From the NCBI GenBank assembly GCA_010093745.1, contig MU006012.1, positions 1 to 54,081 on the forward strand: a DNA stretch of 54,081 nt. Direction: 5' to 3'. Shown here piece by piece: positions 22,846 to 33,399 of this stretch. The stretch is from Piedraia hortae CBS 480.64. Its lineage: Eukaryota. The translations under genes were made by a program, and so were the position numbers. Within the stretch, counting starts at the first letter, position 1; each line of letters begins with the position of its first letter. The notes under the pieces are model-generated. The model saw nothing but the letters and a program-made list of their open reading frames with translations. It made no database searches and was not told the DNA's origin.

Positions 22846-24781
22846 ATGCCTGAACGAGTCGTTGTCGTTGGAGCCGGCCGTAAGTAGAAGCTCCACCTTT
22901 GATGTATCTATCTAACGAACAGTCTCTGGCCTGAGTGCTGCCCACTCCATCTACCTAGCAGGAGGCAATGTCGTCCTTCTCGACAAGAACAATTTCATGG
23001 GCGGCAATTCCACAAAGGCCACGTCTGGAATCAACGGAGCCTTGACCCGCACGCAAGTCGATCTGAACATCGCCGACAGCGTCAAGCAATTCTACGACGA
23101 TACCCTCAAGTCAGCCCGAGACAAGGCCCGCCCGGACCTGATCAAGGTCCTGACCTATAAATCTGCAACGGCGGTCGAATGGCTGCAGGATGTATTCAAC
23201 CTTGATCTGACTCTAGTTTCTCGTCTAGGCGGGCATTCCTTCCCGCGCACACACCGCGGCCACGATGCCAAATTCCCCGGCATGGCCATCACCTACGCTT
23301 TAATGCAACGCTTCGAAGAACTCGCCGAAACGGAACCAGAACGGGTCCAACTCATCAAAAAAGCCAAAGTCATCAAAGTCAACAAAGAAGGCAACACCAT
23401 CACGGGGGTGACCTACCTCTTCAACGGCGAAGAAACCGTAGCCAACGGCCCCGTAGTCCTAGCCACAGGTGGCTATGCCGCCGACTTTACTCAAGACTCC
23501 CTCCTGAAAAAGTGGCGTCCCGATACCTTCGACCTCTCAACCACCAACGGCGCACACGCCACGGGCGACGGGCACAAAATGCTCATGAGCATCGGCGCGA
23601 ATGGAATCGACATGGACAAAGTCCAAGTCCACCCCACCGGTCTCGTCGATCCCAAGGATCCCCAAGCAAAAACCAAATTTCTCGCAGCCGAAGCTCTCCG
23701 CGGCGAAGGCGGACTCCTTCTCAACAACAAAGGCCAACGTTTCACCGACGAGCTCCAACACCGTGACTACGTCTCTGGAAAACTCTGGGAAGAGAAAAAA
23801 GCGGGCCGTTGGCCGATCCGTCTTGTGCTTAACAGTAAAGCTTCCAACACCCTAGACTTTCACACCCGCCACTACAGCGGACGCGGCCTCATGAAGAAGA
23901 TGAGCGGAAAGGAACTCGCCAAGGAGATCGGATGCTCGGAAGAAGCGTTGAGTAAGACTTTCCAAGATTACAATAAATACGCCAAAGGCGAGGAGAAGGA
24001 TCCGTTTGGGAAGAAGTATTACCATAACACCCCCGTGGACATCAACGATACCTTCCACGTCTCGCTGATGGAGCCCGTTCTGCATTTCACCATGGGTGGG
24101 ATTGAGATTAACGATAAAGCACAGTGCCTCAACTCTGAAGGTAAACCCTTTGAGGGTCTCTTCGTCTGCGGCGAGCTGGCAGGCGGCGTCCACGGCGCGA
24201 ACAGGCTGGGAGGGTCGTCACTCCTCGGCTGTGTCGTCTACGGTCGTGTTGCGGGAGAGAGTGCGAGTCAGTATCTCTTCCAGAAAGTCCTTAGCGGTGG
24301 GGGGAGTGCGCAGCAGCGCCTCGGGCAGATAAGTCTGCACATCGATCCTGCGCAGCCGGGACGGGTTTCTGTTTCGTGGAGCGAGGCGGGTTCGTCATCC
24401 GAGGAGAAGAAGATGGCAGCTCAGGCCCAGACGTCCGCGGCCCCTGTGATGTCGAAGACGGGGGATTCGTCTGACCCAGGCAAGGTTACTTCCGCGAAGA
24501 GTACTTCTGAGTTTAAGATTCCGGATAAGGAGTTCTCGCTCGAGGAGGTCGCGAAGCATAATAAGAAGGAGGATCTGTGGATCGCGGTCAAGGGGATTGT
24601 GCTCAACGTTACGGATTGGGTTGATGAGCACCCCGGTGGGCCGCAGGCGCTGTTTAGTCATATGGGGAGGGATGCGACTGAGGAGTTTGAGATGTTGCAT
24701 GATGACGAGGTTATTCCGAAATATGCACCGGAGATTGTGATTGGACGGGTGAAAGGGCAGGAGGTTACGTTGGAATATTGA
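22846..24781 (+). CDS. OSM1: FAD-dependent soluble fumarate reductase with C-terminal cytochrome b5 domain
   Basis: VVVVGAG|LSGLSAA spans intron 22880-22922. Motifs GGNSTKATSGING, VQVHPTG, AEALRGEGG, HFTMGG, GGVHGANRLGGSSL, and the b5 motif EHPGG. Confidence 0.93.
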
Positions 24782-24807
24782 TTATCATGTAGTTTAGGTT
24801 GTGTGTA

Positions 24808-24828
24808 GGGGGGGGGGGGGGGGGGGGG
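24808..24828 (+). repeat. Poly-G homopolymer (21 nt) in a convergent 3' region
   Basis: Directly visible run of G. Confidence 0.9.
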
Positions 24829-25063
24829 TAATCGGACTTTTTGTCGGTGTACGTTCTGCCTGCTGTGCTGGTGATGTTCTTGATGGTTTGATGTAGGTGT
24901 CGAACCAGACTAATTGACTGAAATGTGCATAAAAACAGTATCTTACACGCGCTATAGATTCATAAAGTCCACAAAGTGACTACCCAACCCTCATCCATCC
25001 TGTCATCCTACCCACCCTTAACAATAGCAACACAGTAAACCCATCCACCCTTTCCATCATCCC

Positions 25064-25408
25064 CTATGCGTCCCTAATAATACCCATCCTCCTCTCTCTC
25101 TCCGCCCTGGCCCTCGTCGCGGAGCGTGTTGCCACCCCCCCAGCATCTCCCCCAGCAGGGGTCAACTGCGCAGCCCTCATCTCAGCATATCGTCTCTGCG
25201 ATTCATCGAACCGTTCCCTCTGCTGTGCCATTCTTTCCGCCTCGCCCGCGTGGTTAATTTCCTGCATGAGATGCTCGTCGGCTGTGGAGGGGGATTCCGC
25301 ATTTTGATTGTTGGTGGTGGTGATGGTGGTGGTGGTTTCGAGACGGCGGTCGTAGTCGACTAGGTCTTGTTTCGTTAGAGTGATGGTTGTGGGGGGACGG
25401 GAGAGCAN
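25064..25408 (-). CDS. CDC26: Anaphase-promoting complex subunit Cdc26-like
   Basis: (M)LSRPPTTITLTKQDLVDYDRR matches the Cdc26 N-terminal motif MLRRxPTxIxLxxxDIxxY. The A of the ATG would be the first N at 25408 (TG is visible at 25407-25406). Confidence 0.7.
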   Translation of the reverse strand, partial: XLSRPPTTITLTKQDLVDYDRRLETTTTITTTNNQNAESPSTADEHLMQEINHAGEAERMAQQRERFDESQRRYAEMRAAQLTPAGGDAGGVATRSATRARAERERRMGIIRDA

Positions 25409-25527
25409 NNNNNNNNNNNNNNNNNNNNNNNNNNNNNNNNNNNNNNNNNNNNNNNNNNNNNNNNNNNNNNNNNNNNNNNNNNNNNNNNNNNNNNNNNNNN
25501 NNNNNNNNNNNNNNNNNNNNNNNNNNN
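25408..25527. other. Assembly gap (120 N)
   Basis: Run of n characters. Confidence 1.
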
Positions 25528-25744
25528 TAGGGATGTTGTTTAGGACTGGTGTAGGGAGGGTTTGGTAGTGCCGCCCACGACTTGGTGCCACAACCATGCC
25601 GGTGGCGCAACCGTTCGCATGGTCAATTGAGCCAAACCTATTCGGGCGATCGTGTAGCCACGCTAGGCTTAAAGGAGGGTTGACAGCTTGACCTCACAGA
25701 TAGCCAGACAGACGACGCCGACTGCCAACCAAACTACATACGCA

Positions 25745-26410
25745 ATGCGCCGCCTCCACACCACCGCTCGATCGGCTTCATCGAAGAGTGAACTTGCCTC
25801 GCGACTGGGGAGCAGACTCCGCGAACTAAGAGACACCCCCTCCCCTCCAGCTGCACAGCCCGCGACGCAGCCTGCGAAGCATCCCTCCACACCAGCAGAA
25901 CAAATCCCCACGCAAATCTCCAAGGTAAATCCGCCCATATACCCAACCCCACCCCCCCACCCAGCCAGGGAAGTAGCCCCCCTCTGCGAACGCCTGGGGA
26001 CCCTCGCCCCGGGGGGCGATCCCGTCCCGCGCCTTTTGCAGGGGAAGGTAGTCCACTTCCGTAGTCGAACTGAAAAGGAAGAGGCAGTACATGAATGTGT
26101 TCGTCGTGTGAGGGGGAGGATTGAGTCTCTCCCTGACGAGAAGAGGAAAGCTGCTGAGGAGAGGTTGGGAGGATCCCTCACGGATGAGAATGTGAAAAGA
26201 GTTTTTTGGGGGTCAGTTGGGGGGAGGGTGAGGGAATATCTCACCTCTACACTCGTCCGGGGGACCTACGATGGAGGGAAGGAAGGGGGGAGGGAAATGA
26301 CTGCCCTGGATGGGGTGGAAGCTCTTCTTCGAAGAAATAAATACTTTACAACTGACGATCGAGAGAAATTTGTGGGGAAGGTGGGGGGTTTGTTACAGAA
26401 TAGACGATAA
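25745..26410 (+). CDS. Hypothetical protein, probably mitochondrial
   Basis: ATG ORF beginning MRRLHTTARSASS (presequence-like). No domain recognised. Confidence 0.7.
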   Translation: MRRLHTTARSASSKSELASRLGSRLRELRDTPSPPAAQPATQPAKHPSTPAEQIPTQISKVNPPIYPTPPPHPAREVAPLCERLGTLAPGGDPVPRLLQGKVVHFRSRTEKEEAVHECVRRVRGRIESLPDEKRKAAEERLGGSLTDENVKRVFWGSVGGRVREYLTSTLVRGTYDGGKEGGREMTALDGVEALLRRNKYFTTDDREKFVGKVGGLLQNRR

Positions 26411-26423
26411 ATTTGTATGATAT

Positions 26424-27104
26424 TCACCCGACTGGGAGGTCTGCCTGCCAGAAATTTGTTATCTCTTTGAATTGTACTTCCCCGATTTCGGTGCGTAGAG
26501 TTTGGAGACGGCTATCCCCCGTGCTGATTGCGTGAGACAAGGAGGAGATATTTGGGAAGATCTTCCCCAGTGCTGCTCGGGTGCGGGGTGGCATGGGTGG
26601 GTTAGCTGTTGCCTGAGACAGGAGATCCTCTGCTGGAGGGTTCGGTGGGGGACGTTGGAGGAGTGCTTTTGTGTAGTCCTGTAGAAGACGTGGGAGTTGG
26701 TCCGGAGAGGTAATGGGGATGAGGGTGTGCAACCCGCCCCGCTCGGTGAGAGATGCTTGCAGACGGGTGTAGCCGAGGAGACTTCTTCGTGGGGTGGGGG
26801 TTTGGGGTAGGAGAATTATTACCGCTACGCGGGAATTGATGTTGGTGGGGGATGTGATCCGGGTCAGTGTCCCCTCGAGGGTGCTTTCTGTGAGGTCTCT
26901 CTCGGAGAGAAGGATGATTTTTAGGGACTTTTTGGGTAGGGGAAGTTCAATGTCGTGATTGCTGGGAGTGTTGGTTTCGTGCAGAGAGAACTCACGGATG
27001 AGGGTTGGGAGGATGGAGACGTAGGAGGGGTGGCGGCGGGTTAGTGTGGCCATTGGGTATGCAAAGTGGTCAGGGTTTTGTACAGCTTGATTAAGCATCT
27101 GCAC
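26424..27104 (-). CDS. Hypothetical fungal protein
   Basis: 226-aa uninterrupted ORF. The start at 27104 overlaps the OPA3 stop, so the Met at 27053 is a likely alternative. Confidence 0.6.
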   Translation of the reverse strand: MQMLNQAVQNPDHFAYPMATLTRRHPSYVSILPTLIREFSLHETNTPSNHDIELPLPKKSLKIILLSERDLTESTLEGTLTRITSPTNINSRVAVIILLPQTPTPRRSLLGYTRLQASLTERGGLHTLIPITSPDQLPRLLQDYTKALLQRPPPNPPAEDLLSQATANPPMPPRTRAALGKIFPNISSLSHAISTGDSRLQTLRTEIGEVQFKEITNFWQADLPVG

Positions 27105-27791
27105 CGCCCGTCCGTTGACTGCCTTTTTGTCGACTGCCCCCCTGTTGACTGCCCCTCTCCCGCAAAATCGCCTCTAATCTTTCTGCCGTCTGACCCTGCT
27201 CCTCGATCATCTTCTGCAGCTTCACGATCATCTCATCATGTTCATCAATTTTCTCCGCTACAACATCCCTCCTAGCGCTCTCCTTCCTCCGTGACCTCCA
27301 ACTATCCCAAACCAACAATCCCGCCGCAACAGCGAATATAAACGCCTCTGAAAAGAAATTCGCCCCTAATTCAATAGCCTTGGCTTCACTCAGCGGACGT
27401 ATCTTCACTTTCGGAACCTTCTCCTCTGCCGGCGGACGAAGCCGTTCCTTTTCCACCTCTTCGTCGTGTTTCGCCTGTTCAGCCTCGGTCCTGACCGTCG
27501 GCGTCTCGGCCTTGCGCTTCTTCTCCTCGGCCAACCGCTGCTCTCGCTGGTGTAGCTTTTGCTGCGTTTCCGGATCGTGCAGAATGCCCAACCGCATGCG
27601 CATGTCAATCCGATGAACCCGCTGCGCCTGGCGCACCGCGAACTGTCGAAACGCCTCGTGCTCTTTGGCCTGTTTCTTAATCTGGTTCTGGAAGAAGTCA
27701 GCATTGGAGGTGATGATGCATGTATGCTCACGCCTATCGGCTTGGCAGCTGTCCGTATGGCCAGGGACAGCAGCTTGAAAGTCAGCGACAT
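27091..27791 (-). CDS. OPA3: OPA3-family mitochondrial protein
   Basis: MSLTFKLLSLAIRTAAKPIG|NQIKKQAKEH spans intron 27688-27731. The motif IRPLSEAKAIELGANFFSEAFIFAVA is followed by a coiled coil. Confidence 0.9.
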
Positions 27792-27890
27792 GCCCGCCGC
27801 GACCCGTTGTCCTGGCGGATGTAATAGAGATGATCTGATAAGATCTGATTAGATTAGGCTGCACTAACGTCACGTCTCAAAACACGCGAC

Positions 27891-30800
27891 ATGACGGCTA
27901 GTGATGAGGATTATGGATTTGATGATGATGATACGGAATTCCTGATCGCCGCTGCTGAGGCCGAAGCGGCGCATAATGTTGGCGGCTTGACGAGACCTGC
28001 TAAAAGGCCACGACAAGATAATGATGAGCAGAAACAGTCACGACACAAGATACGCACTCTCGCCAGTGTAGAGCCGTTCCCGATCACGGTGTATAGTCAG
28101 ACGCAGCATGGGCTGGATGCCACTCCTGCGCGTCTCAGAGGGCCGATATGGAAGAGGCCCAGGCTGGCAGAGCCGGAAGCAGTCCAGACAGAGGCAGTCC
28201 AGACAGCCAGTATTGATGAAGATGCCCGTCTAGCGGCCAGACTGCAGGCAGAGGGGAACCATGGCAGAGATCCAGACCAGACGGCGCTGCTGGAGGAACT
28301 GGCAGAACTCCCACTGGACACATCATCGCCCGAGAGACCCCCTGTGAGGCAGCCACCTCCCCGGCTTAGAGCGCCGCAGGGTGGCTTAAGACAGACGACA
28401 CTATTCGGTGACTTAACTGAGGAAGTTAGTGATGACGAAACGGAACGACGCCATGCCTGGCCGTTGAAAGAGACGGAAGAGCCGCCAACTCATCATAAAC
28501 TGAACGCTGAAGCTATGAAGACGTGGATATACCCGACGAATTTGGGTACCATCCGTGACTACCAGTTCAGCATCGTATCCAGGAGTCTGTATCACAACAC
28601 CCTGGTGGCCCTGCCTACCGGTCTTGGCAAGACATTTATCGCAGCCACAATCATGCTGAATTACTACCGCTGGACTACAGACGCACAGATAGTTTTCATG
28701 GCACCGACCAAGCCTTTAATCGCCCAGCAGATGGAGGCGTGTTACAATATAGTCGGGATACGTAGACATGATACCGTCCTCATGACGGGCGCCACTAGTC
28801 CTGGTGTACGTGCTGATGAATGGCGGGAGAGACGCGTGTTCTTCATGACGCCGCAGACGGTCATTAATGATCTCAAAACCGGTATATGCGATCCAAAGCG
28901 GATTGTCCTCCTGGTAGTCGATGAAGCCCACAAAGCCACGGGCGGGTATGCCTACACCGAAGTCGTATCCTTTTTACGCCGATTCAACAACAGCTTCCGC
29001 GTCGTCGCCTTGACAGCCACACCCGGATCCACCGTGGAAGCCGTCCAAGCCGTGGTAGACAACCTAGGGATCGCCCGGGTGGAACTCCGCACGGAACAAT
29101 CCATCGATATCCGCCCATATACCCACGAAAAAGAAATGGAAACCGAACTCTTCGACTACAGCGAGGAACAAGACCTCATCATGGAACACATGTCCAAAGC
29201 ACTCAAACCCCAACTCGACAAACTCACCACCCAAAACGCCTACTGGTCACGAGACCCCATGTCCCTCACGGCCTTTGGCCTAACCAAAGCCAGACAACAA
29301 TGGTCCCGCTCCGACGCAGGCCGCAAAGCCCCACAACCAGTCAAAGTCATGGTCAACGTGGTCTTCACCGTCCTCTCGCAACTCGCCCATGCCATATCCC
29401 TCCTCAAAAACCACGGCATCGCCCCCTTTTACACCAGCGTCCTCTCCTTCAAAACCTCCTTCGATCAATCCAAAAGCAAAAGCAAAACAACCCAATCCAT
29501 CATCCAGAACGAGCACTTTTCTCAAATGATGACCCGTGTACGGGGGTGGATCAACAACCCCGACTTCATCGGCCATCCCAAACTCCACTACCTCCGCTCC
29601 GTAGTCCTGAACCACTTCCTCGACGCCTCCGAGGGGGTTTCCGAAGGAGGCAGCTCCTCCCGCACAACGCGAGTCATGATCTTCGCCTCATTCCGGGACT
29701 CAACGGAAGAAATCGTCCGCATCCTAGCCAAAAACCACCCTCTAATCCGCCCCCACGTCTTCGTAGGCCAAGCGAGCAGCTCTAATTCCGATGGAATGTC
29801 CCAACGAAAACAAAACGAAGTCATCCAAGCCTTTAAATCGGGGAAATATAATACCCTCGTCGCGACCTCGATCGGGGAAGAAGGTCTCGATATCGGCGAC
29901 GTAGACTTAATAGTCTGCTACGATGCGTCGTCCTCTCCCATCCGGATGCTCCAACGAATAGGCCGGACGGGACGGAAGAGGGTGGGTAGGGTCGTGTTAC
30001 TCCTAATGAAAGGGAAGGAGAACAGTGATTATGAGAAGGCGAAGGATAGTTATGCGTTCATCCAGAAGACCATCGCTGATGAGGGGAGGTATACTTTCCA
30101 TCGGGATCAAAGTCCGAGGATTGTGCCCAGGGGAGTAAACCCCGTGGTTGTGAAAGAGGTGATTGAGATTCCGATTGAGAATAGCCAGCCGATTGATCTT
30201 AGTGAGAGGAGGGGGAGGAAGAAACGTCCCCCCAAGAGGTTCCATATGCCGGATAACGTCATTACGGGGTTTGTGTCGGCGGGGAAGCTCGGTAGAGATG
30301 GGAATGCTGTGAGGGGAGTCTCACCTGTGTCCGTCCCGGAGTTGGATGGCGTCCTCCTCACCCCCGAACAGGATGTTGAGCTAGAAGAGAAATATGCCCG
30401 CACCGCGGGCGATGAGGATTTGGTTATCCAGCCCCCCGATGGACGGAATGCGGCGGCGCTTAGGGAACTGGGACCCACGGGGTTTGTGGGGCATGGGGAT
30501 AAGGCAGTGGGGTTTTCGAGGGCGATGAGGGAACTACTCGATGTTGATGCGGGGATTATTAGGGTGAGGCAGGGGGGTGTTGATGAGAGGTTGCTTTATT
30601 GTGAAGGGGGGGCGGGGGAGAGGGTTGTTGAGCCAGAGGGGGTGATGGCGCTGAGAGGGGAGGATGCTCAAAAGAAGAAGAAGAAGAGAGTAAGCGCTGC
30701 TAAGGCGGGGATGGAAGCTAACGACAAGACGAACTCTGCTTTGAAAACGAAATCTAACAAGACAAACACTAAAGCGAAAACAAAACACACCACGGACATC

Positions 30801-31103
30801 AAGGGCAAGACCAAAACAAAACCAAAGGGAAGAGGCAGAAAAAAGACGAATGGGGACGAAGCAGCCGAAGGGTCCGATTCCGAACCAGCCCCCACGCCGA
30901 GTTACTTGAAACTTGCATCGCAGGGGATCGATCTCGGAGAGGAGGATACGAGTGGGGAGGATGATGATGAGATGCAGGGTAATTTGACTGGTTTTGTTAT
31001 TGATGATGATGAAGATACACCCGAGGAGGGTATAAGTAGTGATGATGAGCCGGTTAGCAAGAGGGATAGGAGGGTGGTATATAGCAGTGATGAGGATAGG
31101 TAA
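27891..31103 (+). CDS. MPH1: FANCM-family DEAH-box DNA helicase Mph1
   Basis: Motifs IRDYQ, ALPTGLGKT, VVDEAHKATG, LTATPG, ATSIGEEGLDIG and QRIGRTGRKR. Confidence 0.95.
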   Translation: MTASDEDYGFDDDDTEFLIAAAEAEAAHNVGGLTRPAKRPRQDNDEQKQSRHKIRTLASVEPFPITVYSQTQHGLDATPARLRGPIWKRPRLAEPEAVQTEAVQTASIDEDARLAARLQAEGNHGRDPDQTALLEELAELPLDTSSPERPPVRQPPPRLRAPQGGLRQTTLFGDLTEEVSDDETERRHAWPLKETEEPPTHHKLNAEAMKTWIYPTNLGTIRDYQFSIVSRSLYHNTLVALPTGLGKTFIAATIMLNYYRWTTDAQIVFMAPTKPLIAQQMEACYNIVGIRRHDTVLMTGATSPGVRADEWRERRVFFMTPQTVINDLKTGICDPKRIVLLVVDEAHKATGGYAYTEVVSFLRRFNNSFRVVALTATPGSTVEAVQAVVDNLGIARVELRTEQSIDIRPYTHEKEMETELFDYSEEQDLIMEHMSKALKPQLDKLTTQNAYWSRDPMSLTAFGLTKARQQWSRSDAGRKAPQPVKVMVNVVFTVLSQLAHAISLLKNHGIAPFYTSVLSFKTSFDQSKSKSKTTQSIIQNEHFSQMMTRVRGWINNPDFIGHPKLHYLRSVVLNHFLDASEGVSEGGSSSRTTRVMIFASFRDSTEEIVRILAKNHPLIRPHVFVGQASSSNSDGMSQRKQNEVIQAFKSGKYNTLVATSIGEEGLDIGDVDLIVCYDASSSPIRMLQRIGRTGRKRVGRVVLLLMKGKENSDYEKAKDSYAFIQKTIADEGRYTFHRDQSPRIVPRGVNPVVVKEVIEIPIENSQPIDLSERRGRKKRPPKRFHMPDNVITGFVSAGKLGRDGNAVRGVSPVSVPELDGVLLTPEQDVELEEKYARTAGDEDLVIQPPDGRNAAALRELGPTGFVGHGDKAVGFSRAMRELLDVDAGIIRVRQGGVDERLLYCEGGAGERVVEPEGVMALRGEDAQKKKKKRVSAAKAGMEANDKTNSALKTKSNKTNTKAKTKHTTDIKGKTKTKPKGRGRKKTNGDEAAEGSDSEPAPTPSYLKLASQGIDLGEEDTSGEDDDEMQGNLTGFVIDDDEDTPEEGISSDDEPVSKRDRRVVYSSDEDR

Positions 31104-31499
31104 CTATGTTGTGGTGGTATGTTTTGAGGTGCATGTTATATGGGGTGCATGCTTATGGTGTGTTTTTTTTTATCAGGAGTGTATGGATACTCATAACGGG
31201 TGGGGCTGATGAGACGATGAGTTTCACGCAGTCATGCTACCTAAAATCTGAGCAATGATGAATTTCAGTCCCATTCTTGGCAGAACGTCTCCATCACAGG
31301 CTGTACACCCTCGTAGTGCACAAAACACCTCCACGTGCCAGACGCATCAGTCTCCAACACAGGTTCCTTGCTGATGCCGTTGTGAAAGCAGTCTTCACTT
31401 TGTCACAGTGGAGAGTCCAGCGCCTCTCCACATTAGTTTTTGTCAGTTCAGTATTCTATGATCACTCCGCAATAAAATGTCGGTAGTAATTGGCAAGTC

Positions 31500-33060
31500 C
31501 AAGAACCCTCTGCATCCAACCCAAAGCCCATCGCTCTCATCTCACATCTGCATGGAAGATCATATTGCCTTCGGAACCGGCCGGTTACCAACTTGCTGGC
31601 AACTCCCATTCTGAATACTCACCAGTTTGTTCCGGCGATATATCCTGCCAAGCGGCCCTTGCAATTCTCTGACAGTAGCCGAGGAAGAACGTGTTCTCAA
31701 CAGCCGAATATCGGATGAAGGATCGCTTGAACGTACCCTTTGAGCTGTGGGTGCATGCTTTCCACGCGCCCTGGGGATGGATAATGCTCTTCGAGGTACA
31801 TCAGTATTGCTAGTTTTTGTGTTAGCTAGGTGAACTAGTATGTAAAAGGGCTACGTACGAATTTATCTTTGAAGACAATGAGATCATTACATTTAAGTCG
31901 CTCCGCGGTGGGAAGTTGGGTAAGATCTCCTCTCATGCGTTATTCTCAATGGTGACCAATCCAATAGGGATATTCAGCTGGTTCTCTCACCACATTGCCG
32001 TTTTAAACCCACTTCGGCTTCAGGTGACATTCTTGTTGATGTGCCATGTACACAACTGCTGTTGCGTTCTAGGGAACAGGGTTCTTGAACGCCTTCCAAA
32101 AGCCGCTAACAATCGATCCGAGTGGGCAATTCTCCGTTGAAAATCCCGCTCGGCCTCACCAGATGTCAACGCCCATGCCTTACGGCTGTATTTCCAACGA
32201 TCTGACAAAGCGGCATGTTAAACCGGTTCACCTACAACAATTCATGTTGGAATTTTATACGCAGAAAGACTTGCGTTGGGACGGACCTTGTATGTGTTGT
32301 CCACCAGGATCAGATTGGACGTTTGTTTAGGCGCGTTCTAAAGATCCAGAACACGTGGGTACCTCTCTACTTGAAGGAGGATGTAGTACAATGATGACGG
32401 TTATTCGAGCATCGGATCGGTTGCGGTGGGTTGGGTGCTGGTTTTCTACGTTAGAAGCGCTGCGTTTGGGGTTGTATGGTGTGTGTTGTCAATTGGGAGC
32501 AGATCTGGGCTGGCCTAGTATCCGTTTGAAGACGGCGACTTCAGAGATTCATTGGGTGCCATCGTAGTGATATGCAGATTTTCTTCCTTTGAAAGATAGA
32601 AGCGCTGCGCTTGGGGTTGGCTTAGATATGGTGTTACTGAGGAACGGGGATGGGCATTTTTTCGATCTGTGGATACATTCTGGACGTTCGGTATCTTTTT
32701 GATGGCGGGCTGGCAGGAGGGCTGGCAGTCCAGGGTCAATCTCTGCGCAAAGTCTGGATTCCTAAGCTTGTTCGGGTTTAGTGCAACTGTTCGACCAATC
32801 ACAGCTGGTGGACCTCTTCGCAACAGGCTCGCGTCATCGTATACCGCATATAGAAACCACGCTTTGTCGTGCCAATATACACTCATGTTCAGAAGTGAAA
32901 TCTCACATCTACCCTTGATATCAAACCCATCTTTACCAGAAAGCCCTTCCTTCCACATACATGGGCCGCTACGGCCAAACTCAGATATATCGGCGCCAAT
33001 ATGTCCAGGTTCGACTGGATTACCACCATGTTTGAACCGCGTTCCACCAAAATCGATTAA
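31500..33060 (-). mobile_element. Mutator (MULE) transposase pseudogene with two retained introns
   Basis: ILVDNTYK|VNRFNMPLCQIVG spans an intron at 32232-32286. LFPRTQQQLCTWHINKNV (near 32025-32075) is the CxxH motif, and GRVESMHPQLKGY (near 31735-31772) is the catalytic Glu motif. A second intron lies at 31810-31858 (GTACGT..GCTAAC..TAG). Stops and frameshifts lie between the motifs. Confidence 0.85.
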
Positions 33061-33399
33061 CATCTAGAGCCTGTTGAAAGATACAGCTTCTATCCGTCTG
33101 CATGAATGGTACCGGTTTTCTATATCCTTAAGTTTGCGTTGTGGGACGAATTTCAACCCCGTAACTAGGAAGTTCGGCAGGGGAGGTGTATTCTAGCTAC
33201 ACCCCAACCCTCGATGTAGCGCACGCTAGATACAGGAATATTCATCTTGACGGCGGACTCTCAGTAGCCCCGTTGCGGTTTCCACGAATCTATAAATGCC
33301 TCAGAGGGAAATGGGTTTCGTATATCTGAAATAATCGCACGAAGCACCAACGAAGTGATGCATCATAATCCCTTGACTGCTCTAGTTAGAATACAGAAC

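Noticed and set aside
24500..24781. Cytochrome b5 fused to fumarate reductase
   Set aside because: This is a common architecture for this family in filamentous fungi.
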